DNA of 63,839 nucleotides, counting the filler, from Octopus bimaculoides (Eukaryota): the NCBI RefSeq assembly GCF_001194135.2. It is 9 parts of 8 records of this genome, joined end to end, with 100 filler letters (N's around TTAATTAATTAA, not from the genome) between each part and the next. Parts side by side here need not be neighbours in the genome. Positions count along the whole stretch, not along the records: positions 40,889 to 49,742 come from NC_068992.1; positions 49,843 to 51,793 come from NC_068994.1; positions 51,894 to 59,859 come from NC_068984.1; positions 59,960 to 63,839 come from NC_068997.1; 5 more parts are not named here. One strand, written 5' to 3'. The notes beneath the pieces are model-generated. The model was not told the DNA's origin and made no database searches. It saw nothing but the letters and a program-made list of their open reading frames with translations. This document shows positions 46,555 to 60,039 of this stretch, one piece after another. The translations under genes and the position numbers were made by a program. The stretch's first letter is position 1. Each line of letters starts with the position of its first letter.

Positions 46555-49160
46555 CTAAAATAAGCCTCCAACCAAACCGTAAATGTGGGAATGAAGAAAA
46601 AGAAGTTTGGTGGAAAATAAAAATAATACAATGAATGAACTACAAAAACATAACAACAACTTGGAAAGAAAGAAAAAAGTGAAATCAAGAAGGTGGAGAA
46701 ATATCAGGAAGAAGAAAAAGTTGCTAAATGTAGTCCGTGAAGAACTGAAACAAAGATTGCAGGCTAAAGTGACAAAGATCAAGAGATATAACCAAAGGAT
46801 TGAACAGGATAAAATTAACAGATTGTACCAACAAGACCAGAAATGGGTTTATCAACAGATGAATGGAAAGGTTAATATTAGTGAGAGACCAGACGGAGAA
46901 GAAAGTAAAAGGTTTTGGAGTAACATCTGGGATAATGGAAGAAAGCATAACAAAGATCCTAAATGGTTGAAGGAATTAAGGTCGGAAAAATATGAAATGA
47001 AACAGTAATATTAAAATGACTGAAATGGTAACCGAACAAATAACAAAGATCCTAAAGTGTAAATGCCCTGGACCGATGGGGTACAAGGATATTGGCTGAA
47101 AAATTTCCCAGCACTCCACAGAAGACTAACTACGCAAATGTATAAAATTATCAAAAACGGTGTACAAATCCCAAGGTAGCTGACAACAGGTAAAACAACT
47201 CTTTGCCAAAAGGATCCCAGAAAAGGCAATGCAGTGGATAATTTATCGGCCTATCACCTGTCTGCCCCTGATGTGAAAGCTGATGACAGGAATAATATAT
47301 AATTATGCGTATAACTTCCTGGAAAGGAATGACAAGCTGCCAGTAGAACAGAAAGGGTGCAGAAGGAAAAGCCGAAGGACAAAAGACCAACTTCTCATAA
47401 ACAGAATGGTACTGAACCACTGCAAGAAAACACTTGCTAATCTGGGCATGGTGTGGATCGATTATAACAAAGCGTATGACATGGTTCCCCCTTTTAGAAA
47501 AGATTTTAGAAAATCTTGAGCTGGTACAGGAAATCAATGAAAAACTGGAATACAGAGTATTCATGTAGAATACTTCATGTGGAAAACTTCTGGCGAGGGT
47601 TAACATCAAGAGAGGTATATTTCAAGGAGGTAGCCTATCACCATTGCTGTTTGTGATTTGTATGATACTCCTGACACAGATAATACTGAAAGAGACTTTG
47701 AGGTAGACTTTAAAAAGTGGGGGAAAATTAAATCATGTTATATATGGATGACTTAAAGATTTTTGGAAAGAGTAAACGTGAAATAAATGGCCTAGTTTCA
47801 ACAGTGCAGATATTCAGTAAGGATATTGGAATGGAATTTGGGACTAAAACGTGTGGTGTGCTTATAATACAAAGAGGCAAAGTAATGTCGTCTGATGGTG
47901 TAGAGCTACACGACGGCGAGAAATTCAAGGATACTGAGACCAATTGATATAAAAATGAGGGGATTTTAGAGTACACCAAAATCAAGGAAAGTGAAATGAA
48001 GGAAAGATTTAGACGAGAGTATCTCAGAAGGACCAAATTAATTATGGGAAGTAGCCTCAATTGAAAAAAACATGACCAGGGCAATGAATACATGAGCTGT
48101 TTCCTTAATGCGATACGGCGCAGGTGTTGTTAGGTGGACAAAGAACAAGCTTGAGGAAATGGACAGGAGAACTAGAAAAATGATGACAAACTAGAAAAAG
48201 GATACTGGCAGACAGTATGTGCCTAGGAACAGGGGAGGAAGAGGTCTCATAGGATACATGATCTGTGTTGTCAATGAGAAAAATAGTCTGGGATGGAACA
48301 TCAAACAGCAGAGTGAATCCTGCTTGCCGCGGTTAGAATCAACAATACAATACCTACCGAAAATGTGATGCACCCGCAAACATTTAAGAAACAAGATGAA
48401 GAAGAGTAACCAACTGGAAAATGAAACCAATGCATGGGCAATATCTGAGAGAAATCGAAGGAAAAAGTAGGATAGACACTTGGAGATGCCTAAGAAAAAG
48501 TGATCTAAAAGGATATACTGAGGCATTGATATGCAGCGCCCATGAATAACCTCTGAGAACTAATTACACCAAGTTCTAAATAGATAATAGTAAGGAATCG
48601 GCCCTTTGTAGGATGTGTGGAATCAGAAACGAAACAATCTCACACATTGTGAGTGAGTGTAGCGAGCTGGCCCAAGATCACTGAAATAGGGGCATGATAA
48701 CGTGGCTAAGTTTGTCCACTGAAGGCTGTGTGAAAAGTACGGCCTGGAAATGAAACGATGAACCAGAAGGAGCCATCGAGAACAAGAGATATAAGATACT
48801 GTGGGATTTTACAATTCAAAGTGACTCCCTAATCGAGTCTCAGAGACCAGATATTGTTGTCGTAGATAGGGCAAAAAAAGAAACCATGATTATAGATAGT
48901 GAAATACCTGGGAATGCAAGCATAAGTGACAAAGAACAAGAAAAGATTGAAAATTGCAGACTACTAAAAGACAAAATTATAAGAATGTGGACTATGAGGA
49001 GAGAGTCTATCATTCTAGTAGTTGTAGGTGCACTCGGAGCACTAATAACCAAACTCGAAAAATATGTCAGAGAAATCGGAATTGACATGAGAGCAGAGCA
49101 AGCCCCCAAACTGCTCTGCTGGGTACAGCTAGGATTTTGAGTTTGGTACTTGGGTGTTGA
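46555..49160 (+). mobile_element. R4/Dong-type non-LTR retrotransposon, decayed (RT plus RLE)
   Basis: EELKQRLQAK..KRY..RIEQ..; YRPITCLPL; EQKGCRRKSRRTKDQL; WIDYNKAYDMVP; LYMDDLK; RPDIVVVD..IIDSEIPG..VVGALG; many stops and frameshifts. Confidence 0.92.
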
Positions 49161-49497
49161 ATGTCTATCACAATAATTAAGAATTAAGTATAAAACCTTA
49201 TAATATGCGGAAAGAGACCCTGCGAGACCGCTTTCAGAATCAACCAGAGCAAACGGGACCGAGCGCTCTGAGAAGTAAAACAATAATGGTGACGAACGAC
49301 GGCGATGAATTTACCTTACCTCACTCTATGAGAGACCAGAGAGTACACAGAAACTCTGGTTGCAAAAGCGAAAATTAGGCTGAATCTTGTATCAAAGTTT
49401 ATAATGTGCCGAAAAAGACCGTATGATACCTCGGAGAGCAGGCTGCTGTCTGCTCTCACCGAATCTGCCAGAACAAGACCGTACATTCTGAGAAGTA

Positions 49498-49557
<60 letters not shown>

Positions 49558-49580
49558 TAATAATAATAATAATAATAATA

Positions 49581-49742
49581 ACAGAAACAATTCCTATCAT
49601 AGTAGGTGCCTTAGGTATAATAAAAAAATATTCAGACAAATACATAACAAAAACACCAGGACTTACAAATATATATAACGTACAGAAAATTGCACTACTG
49701 GGTACTGCACACATTCTACGCAAAACACTTTCAATACAGTAA
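49581..49742 (+). mobile_element. 3' end of young R4/Dong-type family
   Basis: ETIPIIVGALGIIKKYSDKYITKTPGLTNIYNVQKIALLGTAHILRKTLSIQ*, preceded by (TAA)n. Confidence 0.85.
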
Positions 49743-49869
49743 NNNNNNNNNNNNNNNNNNNNNNNNNNNNNNNNNNNNNNNNNNNNTTAATTAATTAANN
49801 NNNNNNNNNNNNNNNNNNNNNNNNNNNNNNNNNNNNNNNNNNAAAAAAAAAAAAAAAAAAAAAAGAAAG

Positions 49870-50290
49870 TGGATGATGGTTTGTTTGGACCTTGTTTGTA
49901 GTTGTTAGCCTAAATAGAACGGTTTTGTAGAGAGGATCAGTATTCTTGGTAAATAGTGTATGTCTCTTTAATACATAATCATGTAATCTGAATAGAGCAG
50001 TTTCTTTTCAGAGGAAGTGTGTCCGGAATGTATGGTGTGTATCTTGTGTCCCAGATAACGTTTCTTCTATTCTGAATAGAGAAAGAAGCTTATTACTTAA
50101 CGCATACATTAACTGTGCTGTGAATACGTAAAGTAATTAATAAACGTTGTATGTCTTAGATATTTGGGTCTTGTAATTTGAATAGAGTAACTCTTTACAG
50201 AAACTGTGGATTCCTTTTTTCTTTTAACTGAATAAATGTTATACGTCTTCAATACAGGGTTTTGTATTCTTAATAGAGCAGTTTTATAAT
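49870..50290 (-). mobile_element. Decayed Penelope-like RT C-terminal fragment
   Basis: YKTALLRIQNPVLK..KKKE/STVS..ITRPKYLRH..FINY resembles Penelope post-RT segments; stop-ridden. Confidence 0.4.
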
Positions 50291-50304
50291 TATAATTATT
50301 ATTA

Positions 50305-50845
50305 TTGAGTGAGAGAGCAGCGCATGCCATCAAAGTGACACTGGGGTAAAATATACGAAGTCCATTATACCCATCATGACTACCCGTCTGATAAGGGTAC
50401 ACCAGGCACATGCATCACAACCATATGTGCGCGACATGGTGATCTCTTATCAAGATAAACAGCGCATGTCCTCGCAGGTGGGCACAGTTAGAATTTTCTT
50501 CAGGTCGAGTAGCGCAACCCGCTCAAAAGGTCCCTGAAAAAGGTTTGTTTAAGGATGTTGAGCAAAACACCCATGTTTCCAGAGATGAATTATTCAAACC
50601 CAAAGAATTCCTCGCAACACATGGCTACTTCTGCTCGTGATCAGAGATGCACATATCGTCAGCCACTAAGGGACATGCTCAACTGGTTAAGGTCAAACAA
50701 CTGACAAGCAAATTTGTGGTATTAAGCAGAATATTTGCTGTAGCCCATCTTTTATACCGAGACAAACAATGGACATGATAACACTGCCAATCAATTCAGA
50801 TCAGAAGCCATGAGAGCCACTGCCTGGTACTGCATCAGGGCATTT
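50305..50845 (-). mobile_element. About 540-bp non-coding retroposon-like repeat with (TAA)n tail
   Basis: Minus strand ends ...CTCTCTCACTCAATAATAAT; a second, 3'-only copy at 41240-41340 (plus). Confidence 0.6.
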
Positions 50846-51439
50846 AAAGACACTCGCTCGCTGTGCCAGACAGTGGGACTGAACCCAGAACCATGTGATT
50901 GGGAAGCATGCTTCTTACCACACAGTCATGCCTTATTATTATTATCATTACTATTATTATTATTATTACTATTATTTTCAAGGCGGTGAGCTAGCAGAAT
51001 CGTTAGCACGTTTCCAGAATTTCTCGATTTCAGACCAAGAGAACCCGATCGATTTTGCTTCATCCTCAATGCAACCCTTTCTAGCTCTCCTTAGGTCATC
51101 CAACTTCTCTCTTTCTTTCAGGTTGCCAGTCTAACACATGTCTTGCAATGCTACTTGGAGGTCTCCTTAGAGAGTGACCGATCTAGCCCCTTTTCCTTTG
51201 CAGAATTTCTCGATTGATGGGAGTATGAATCGATCAGTCCCAAATATTTCCGTTTGGAATTTCTTAGGGCTGAAGTGCAGACATTTCTTGACGAAGGTTT
51301 GTAGATTAGTTTTTATGAGGTAGGCGATCCTCCAAGTTTCTGACTCGAACATTAGAGCTGTGTTTTAATTAAATTCATATTAATAGATGTTGAGTTCAGA
51401 AACCAATTCTGCATTTAGAAGACTCTCTTTTACTCTTTT

Positions 51440-51793
51440 ACCCTTTTACTTGTTTCAGTCATTTGACTGCGGCCATGCTGGAGCACCGCCTTTAGTCGAA
51501 CAAATCGACCCCAGGACTTATTCTTTGTAAGCCTAGTACTTATTCTATCGGTCTCTTTTGCCGAACCGCTAAGTTACGGGGACGTAAACACACCAGCATC
51601 GGTTGTCAAGTGATGGTGGGGGGACAAACACAGACACACATACATATATACGCCAGGCTTCTTTCAGTTTCTGTCTACCAAATCCACTCACAAGGCTTTG
51701 GTCGGCCCGAGGCTATAGTAGAAGACACTTGCCCAAGGTGCCACGCAGAGGGACTGAACCCAGAACCATGTGGTTGGTAGGCAAGCTACTAAC
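51440..51793 (-). mobile_element. tRNA-derived SINE, major family (best-preserved copy)
   Basis: TTGTTTCAGTCATTTGACTGCGGCCATGCTGGAGCACCGCC...GGGACTGAACCCAGAACCATGTGGTTGG. Confidence 0.85.
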
Positions 51794-52509
51794 NNNNNNN
51801 NNNNNNNNNNNNNNNNNNNNNNNNNNNNNNNNNNNNNTTAATTAATTAANNNNNNNNNNNNNNNNNNNNNNNNNNNNNNNNNNNNNNNNNNNNCTAGATG
51901 GTGTACCTGATACTTCCCGGGGGAAAAGACGTTCTATTGAAACCCCTTATTACTCTGATACAAGAAAGTAATTTCTTATATGTCACAAAAGGTGTATTTT
52001 CTGTCATGAGAAAGTACAAAAAACTGTCAGCTGGAGGAGGGAGGGATTGTTGGAGGCTGGCAAGACATATTGTTGGAGGTTGGCGAGAGGCAGAAACATT
52101 ATTCTGCTTAGTGAAGGCATGTGGGAAATGTATAACTGCTGTCATTCACAGAAAAAACTATTGTTTTACTGTGAGAAAAGTGCTGTTGAAGTGTTAAGTG
52201 AAATTCGGCAATTGAGGATCGAATCCATGCTAAGCCTCCATGAAGCCACTACAAATACGTTGTGGAATAAAAAATCTATCTACTGTCATGGAAAAATTGC
52301 AAATGTAAAAATGCAGAATTATCGGAGTAATGGGCATTCAAAAAGTATGTATGTATAGAAATGTATGAATGAAGTTTTTAGGGTTTAAGATTCAAATTAA
52401 GGGAGTGCAATAATAATGATTAGCAGTTCAAAGCTGTGAGTAGTGGAATGCAGAATTAGGTCGGGTGATTGTGAGAATCAAATATTTATCGCTTCGCTAA
52501 AATCTGTTG

Positions 52510-52895
52510 GTGGTATGGGTTATTTCCCTTGGTTTGTTTAAATAAAATATTAGTAATATGTAGTAGATAGAAGGATCCATTGGAAGACCCTATTATCGAT
52601 TTTTTCAACAATCTAAGTATGTCACGAGGTTTCCAGACATGAGTTCTACTCACATGTCAAAGTATAAAAGTGATATTGTCTGCAAAAATTACAAACAGGA
52701 CACACAAAATGTCAATATTCAAACTAACCGGACATAAACAATGAAATGGGTTATTTCCCTTGAGTGTTAAAAAAATATTGTACATATGCTATGGGTTATT
52801 TACCTTGGGTGTTTAAAAAAAACAGTTATATAAGGTAGATATAAAGGTCCCTTCCAGGGGCCGTATTATCGATTTTTTCAACAATTTAAGTATGT
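52510..52895. repeat. Local about 110-bp direct duplication with recurring GGGTTATTTCCCTT motif
   Basis: 52515-52625 resembles 52785-52895 (TATTATCGATTTTTTCAACAAT.TAAGTATGTC); the motif also occurs at about 52748. Confidence 0.7.
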
Positions 52896-52899
52896 CCGA

Positions 52900-53180
52900 G
52901 GCACAAGTCCATGCAAGGTTGTTTATGGAAGACCAGCAGTCACCCATGCATACCAGCCTCCCCTCTCCATGCCACCGATGTTATCTAAGGGAAAAGCAAG
53001 GGCCGATACAGCTTGGCACCAGTGACGTCATAACTCATTTCTACTGCTGAGAGAACTGGAGCAACGTGAAATAAAGTGTCTTGCTCAAGAACACAACACG
53101 CAGTCTGGTCTGGGATTTGAAATCACAACCTCATGGTCATAAGTTCAACACTGTAACCACTGAGCCATGTGCCTTCACGG
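52900..53180 (-). mobile_element. tRNA-derived SINE, third family
   Basis: Reverse complement of 16325-16670. Confidence 0.8.
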
Positions 53181-54334
53181 AAATTCTTTAAAGCACATCT
53201 TTATCTTCTTTGTCTTCTTCTTTACATTGGATTATTCACTCTTCGCCAAACCCGTTTTATAATATAATCGTTGTGAAACTTGGATTTTCTGCACCTGAAG
53301 AATTCCAGCTTTGACTCGGAACCCAATTGTGTTGATAGCCCAGTATTCAGGTTGAGTGCTTACCTGGAAATACCCTAACTTTACATTCCACTTGACCTTA
53401 CACACACACACACATATATTTAAGTATGTGTGTGTTTCTGTGCGTTGGTTTTTGTGACCTATTATTTAACAACTGGTGTTGTTTTGTTTACTTTCTTTAC
53501 ACCTCTTATCAGTTTGGTAAAACGAATCTGTCTCATACACCAAAACAAATACCAGACTGAAGATTACACGCAGGGGTTCAATTTAATAGACTATACAATC
53601 GAAGGTGCACTGCCTCAACATGGCGGCATGCCAATGTGTGAAACAGATAAACAGAGAAATACAAAAACAATTAATGCAATGCATTGAACAGCCATGAACA
53701 CAATAAATAAATAGATAAATGTATAAATAAACAAACAAACAAATAAACCCTTAATAGAAATAGTAACTAGCTAACCACATAGCTATCTAACGAATGAAGG
53801 TCTCTCTGACCTAAATTGCAACAGTTATTGCCAAGACAAGTAATAACAGCAGCAACTACCAATAATTTTAAACTTCAAGAATATTGGATATAAAAAGAAT
53901 AATGTTAAAAATAAAGGATAAAAACAAAATTGATAATAAAGACTTCTGTATGTAGAAAGATAAAAGCCAAATGTTAACCCAATGTGATGCATTGATTTCT
54001 GATATCGCTGCAATGTTCTTTTGTCAGATAAAACATTAAACAACCATCGTAGAAGTATTTATTTCTTTTTAATTTGTTAAAAATGCTATTATTACCAAAC
54101 TTGAAACTAAATGTCTGAATGCATAACATATATATTATAGAACACACTTTCATGCATGTTCACTCAGATACACACATGCACATGCTTGGATGCACACACA
54201 CACATAGACACACTCGTACACACACACACGCATGCATATTTGTGTATATGTATATATATACATGTGTGTGTGTGTATATACATATATATATATATGCATG
54301 TGTGTGTGTGCGTGCGTATATATATATGTATATA

Positions 54335-54417
<83 letters not shown>

Positions 54418-54775
54418 CCATATATATATGCATATATATATATATATATATATATACACATGTATATAGATACATATATCTATACATATATGCATACATA
54501 CTTACACACACACACACACAAACATATATGTGTGTGTCTAGAGCATATAAAGTATTTATAGACTTCCTTATATGTATATATATTTGGGAGTATATATATA
54601 GATAAAAGTAGAATACAATCTAACAGCTGGAAGAGGAATCAAGGAAAAACATGACAAAAATCTTGATGTACATATTATACATGTATATATGTAAACATGT
54701 ACTTTGATCTGTTATATATATATATATAGACATGCATTCAGACATATGTACATAAATGCATATATATATACATAA

Positions 54776-54819
<44 letters not shown>

Positions 54820-54824
54820 ACACG

Positions 54825-54859
<35 letters not shown>

Positions 54860-56894
54860 GTACAATCGTCCACACACACTACATACATACATTTTTACAC
54901 ACACTGACACACATGCATGCATATATCTTACATACATACCATACATGAATGACTACATACGTACAAAGAGTATTTGAATTTAATTACAATCCATTCCTAA
55001 ACTGATATGATATCTCTTCCATGCTTTTTTTGTGTTGTATTTGTGTTTTTGTTATCACTATTATTATTATTATTATTATTATCATTATTATTATTATTAT
55101 TTTTATTATTATTATTATTATTATTATCATCATCATTATTATTTTATTTTTTTTACATGTATTTCAATTTGTTTGATGAAGTACTCAAGAGAGATAAAAG
55201 GCTGTATTTGGAAACAAAATGCTAGACAGAAGGTATAATAATAAAATAACCTTTTCAGTATTTCTGCTTTTAATGTCTCCTCGTTTTTGTGTGAGAAAAA
55301 AAAAATTCACAATACAGTGGAGCTTATTCTGCACAGAAATTCACTTATGATTCAATGTTAGGAGTGTTTGGGTATATATAAATACATGCATATATCTATA
55401 CATATTTGTACGTATGCTTGTATGTACACACACACATACACACACTCATTCACACACAATTACATATACATATATAAAATAGTATATACATATATATATA
55501 TTATTTTCTTTTAATGTTTTTGTTGGGGTTGTTGAGAAACAAAAGAGAAAATATATTCAATCCCAACAAAATAACCAACTCCAGTTATTTAATTTATCCT
55601 CATATATGTTACTAATACATATTGTATCCATCCCAGAGGAAATAAATGCTAGGTTACGCTTGGCAGAATTACAAACCATAACCAGAACCTAAAACTATAA
55701 CCACAAGTCAAACCTGAATTATAAACCAAAGACTTTAGTTGGTTATCATATATATATACATACACATAAACATACATATATATATATATATTTATGTATG
55801 TATGTATGGAATGCGCTACTTTTTCTGGGTATATAATAAACCTAACATAATATAACACATATAAGTTAGTTGTTTGCATTCTGAATACTACCCTTTTGTA
55901 AATAAATAACATTTCTGTTGTTTGTCTTTTCAGTGTTTCCCTTTATGTATACCAGGAGAAATATTCTTATCAAAAGCATTTCAAACATTACATTTTCTGT
56001 GTGATAGTCTTATTTATGCTTTTACTGTTTCCAACCAGTTAGTCAGGGCCATACATGTGCACTACCGTAGAAATTACAATCACCATTTGTGAGATGATGT
56101 GGGTATCTCTTTGTAGTCAGTTAACTGGCTATAAATATCAACCACAATCCTTTAAACTGAAGCCTATCATATCAAACAAAATAGAACATAGTGGATGATG
56201 TAATTTTGGACATACAAGTAAAAGGGATGGTTATAGCTGGGATATTTCTACCATAGTTCTGTTCAGTCAGGGTTGGCCTGGATCTAGGAAAATCTATATT
56301 TTTCAGGTTGTGTTGTTAAGAAGGTTGCTGTGCAATTTTTGATCATCATTTCCAAACCTATTTCATAGGAAACTGTAAAAGATTCTTGGATGACTGCTTC
56401 ATATTTTGGAATGAAATTAATGAAGGTGGACTTTGCAAGATTCCTTAAATTTAATAAAGAGCATTCATAAATTTGCTATGGAAATGAATGGTTTTGGATT
56501 CAATCCAACTACATGGCCCTTGGGTGTCATCTACTATAGCTCAAAACCAACTAATGCCTTGTGAATGAACTTGCTAGATGAACATTGTGGTATAATTAAA
56601 ACAATGTTTTTTAAAAAAGTTATAAATTATCAAAAAATTTTTATTTGACAAAATGTCACTAGTCTTTGTAGCAGAAATGTGCATTTAATGTCTATCTTGT
56701 GTCTATTGTGTATTTTGCATTTAAGCATTTTCATTATTTAACTTTTCAAACACGTTCTGGGTTAACAGAAGAAATGTTGGTTATTTCCTGTTTAGTCTCA
56801 TATTTGTAATTCTTATAAAGTAATAAGTAGTTGATCATTTTCATCTTTTATTTTGTAAAAGGGTAATATTTTAAATTTTCTATTTGTTCAGCTG

Positions 56895-59020
56895 TCTACA
56901 TATCTACTACATGGAACATATCTAAGCAATGAATTTTTAATTTGCCATTTATGCAAGGTGGTGAGCTGACAGAAACGTTAGCACGCCAGGTGAAATGCTT
57001 AGCAGCATTTCTTCTGTTTTTACGCTCTGAGTTCAAATTCCGCCGAGGTCGACTTTGCCTTTCATCCTTTCGGGGTTGATAAATTAAGTACCAGTTACGT
57101 ACTGGGGTCAATCTAATCGACTGATCCCCTCCCCATAGATTTCGGGCCTTGTGCCTAGAGTAGAAAAGAATTTGCCATTTATGCACATTTACACAATTGG
57201 TTAGTTTTGTTCCTGCTCCTCCAATGTAATTTATATTGCAGTGTTGACAAATGATGCAGTACTTTTTTTTCCTGCAATTCATGTTTGCATTCACTTTCAG
57301 GTCCTTCCTATCCTTGAATCTCCTGGTTCTTCTTTGTCCAATTACTCCAATTATTTCACATGTCCCACAACGAAACTCTGTGCAGTTTGTTCCCTGTGTT
57401 ATTTATTTCTGATATGAATCATGCCCTTTTTAAGAGTTTCTCGAGATTTGGTGGTTGTCTTCGGCTGTCGATGATTAGTGATTTTTTTCATTATTTGCTG
57501 GAAATTTGATGATTGATGTGGATATTATTTGTCTGATTATAGAATGTTATAATTCCTACGATTATGAGTGACAGCAAATGGAATATTTTTATTTGTATTT
57601 TTGCATTCATGTTCAGTGTAAATGTTTCTCCATAAAGCAGAGATCGGCATTTCTTTTCACTATGTGTATTTAATTCTACCAATCGTTTTTATCTCATCTA
57701 TTGGTATTTGAACTTTTGAGCATATATGTCTTGCCATATTGAATGCTATGTTCCTTTTTGTATGGGAAGGGTGGAAAAATCTAAAATCTAAATACTGGTG
57801 TATGTCTGTGTTCTTTTCATAGAGATCAATTGTAATTATCACATTTTCTTTAATCATTACAATGTTTCAGAAAAAGGGAATTCCCTTTCATTCTTTCATT
57901 CATTTCCATAGTGAACTGGATCGATTTATAAATGCTGTTTATTAAGTTAAAGAAGCGTAGAAGGTTCACCTTCCTTAATTTCATTCCAAAATATGAAGCA
58001 GTCATTGAAGAATCCTTTTACAGTTTTCTATCAAATAGGTTTGGAAATGACAATGAAAAGCAATTCTAGCAGGATATAGATTTTTTCTTCCAAGTATTCC
58101 ATTACTAGAGTTACAAACGTAGGTGCAACTTCTATCCCCATTGCAGTACTTTGTATTTGTAGGTAATATTAATTGTCAAAGTGATTGTTGTTTTCCAGTA
58201 CTAACTGCAGTGCTTCAAGCATATATTCTTGTGGAAATTTCTCCTGAATTCGTTCTGAGTATTTGTCTATCTACTGCTCCTTATCCTAATTCATGGGGGA
58301 TATTTTTACACAGACTAGTTATATCAAAGCTACCTATGATCTTCTAATTATCTAATCTTTATGGAATAAGGTTTAGGAAGTTTATGTCATCTCTGATGAA
58401 ACTAGAACCCAATTTGCACAAAGGTTTCTGCTGGTTCTGCAACAATTGGACGTAATTTTAGACCAGCTGGTTTGGGAATCTTTACATATGGTGTAAGGAG
58501 ATTCTGTTAAGCTGTTATTGATTTCTTTACAGTTATAGATTTTTGAACGTCCATAAAAATTGCTTGTTTTTACCTCAAAATTAGTGACGTAATTCAACAC
58601 TTTTTAGCAAGTCATTTTTTAATTTGGCCATTAATTTTTTCAATTTTATTCATTGCTTATTTATCTACATTAGTTGCAAATTTTTTGAAGAAAATGTGGT
58701 CATTCAGTTGTTCTAAACCATTTCCCTGTAATAGGTTTTGTCCATTATTGTAATGGCTTCTCTTTTGACTTCTTTAATGACAACAGATGAATCTTTCTGT
58801 AGATATTCCAAAGCTTTTTGTTCTTAAATCATAATGTTTTATTTCATATGGTCTGTTGAAATGTTTGAGTCTTCAGATCTTTTTGGATACGTTATGTGTT
58901 TCTCTAAGTATTTATTCCTGTATATCAGAGGTTTTAATCCTGTTCTGTTTTATGCAAGTGGCGAATCTTTGCCATGTCTGTTTGGAAGAATTCTCATATA
59001 TTTTTTTATTTTACTTGTCT
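56895..59020 (-). mobile_element. Decayed Penelope-like element (RT plus GIY-YIG), split by the SINE
   Basis: YYLQIQSTAMGIEVAPTFVTLVMEYLEEK; RFFNDCFIFW; IDLYEKNTDIHQYLDF..HPSHTKRNIAF; YCIICQHCNINYIGG.G. Confidence 0.85.
56956..57168 (+). mobile_element. tRNA-derived SINE, second family, with 17-bp TSD
   Basis: TSD AATTTGCCATTTATGCA at 56939-56955 and 57169-57185; B-box-like GAGTTCAAATTCC. Confidence 0.92.
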
Positions 59021-59284
59021 GACATGAGGCTGCAGCCATACTGGAGTACTGCCTTGAATTTTTAGTTGAATGAATCGACCCTATTACCAAACCTCTGAGT
59101 TACAGGATACAAACACATCAACATCTGTTGTCAAGCAATGGTAGAGTAACAAATATAAACACAAACACATACACACACACACACACACACAACAACACAC
59201 ATATGTATAGGATTGGCTTTTTTCAGTTTCTTTCTAGCAAACCACTCACAAGCTGTGTGTTTTGAAAGATAAGTAGTAACAAGT

Positions 59285-59760
59285 GAGTTAAACAACATGC
59301 ACCCTGACTATATTTACACTAGATAGGTAACCTTCAATCCCCTTGACACCAACACACCTGTTACTGCCCTCTTTCTTGTTAACTCTCTCTCTCTGACTGG
59401 GTAACCATGTACCTCCTTCACAACAAGATACCTGTTTCTGTCTGTCTGTCTGTCTATCTCTGTCACACTTTAACACTTTATTATCTGACACAAGATCAAC
59501 TCTCTCAATGCCCTTCCCCCTCACTCTCAAAGGTCCCTTGTCCTGCAAAGTTACTTGGTGACCTTGCTAGTGCTGGCGCCATGTAAAAAAGCATCCAGTC
59601 CACACTGTAACATGGCTGACATTTGGAAGGACATCCAGCTGTAAAAACTATGCCAAAACAGATGCAGAAGTATGGTGCAGGATTCTGCTTGGTCAGCTCC
59701 TGTCAAACTGTCCAACCCATGCCCACATGGAAGACGGACTTTAGATGATGATGATGATGA
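59285..59760 (-). mobile_element. RTE 3' fragment plus adjacent RTE-associated short repeat (the latter on plus)
   Basis: KGIERVDLVSDNKVLKCD..DR resembles RTE C-termini; 59555-59760 carries GGAAGGACATCCAGCTG..AACCCATGCC..GATGATGAT. Confidence 0.5.
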
Positions 59761-59790
59761 TATAGGTATGTATATGTGCATGTGTGTATT

Positions 59791-59859
<69 letters not shown>

Positions 59860-60039
59860 NNNNNNNNNNNNNNNNNNNNNNNNNNNNNNNNNNNNNNNNN
59901 NNNTTAATTAATTAANNNNNNNNNNNNNNNNNNNNNNNNNNNNNNNNNNNNNNNNNNNNCCCCCCCACCCACACACACAAATAAAACCCAATTCGAGTTT
60001 CAACGGGAAATATGCAAAGCGAAAGTGATTTTTTGTTCT

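Noticed and set aside
51898-52358. ORFs of about 100 aa with a vague Tc1 HTH-like look
   Set aside because: No diagnostic motif, TIR or DDE region that I can verify.
54119-55238. Many overlapping Y/I/H/T/C-rich ORFs (also 11113-11430, 27157-27852, 37574-38561)
   Set aside because: They are translations of (TA)n, (CA)n and (TTA)n microsatellites.
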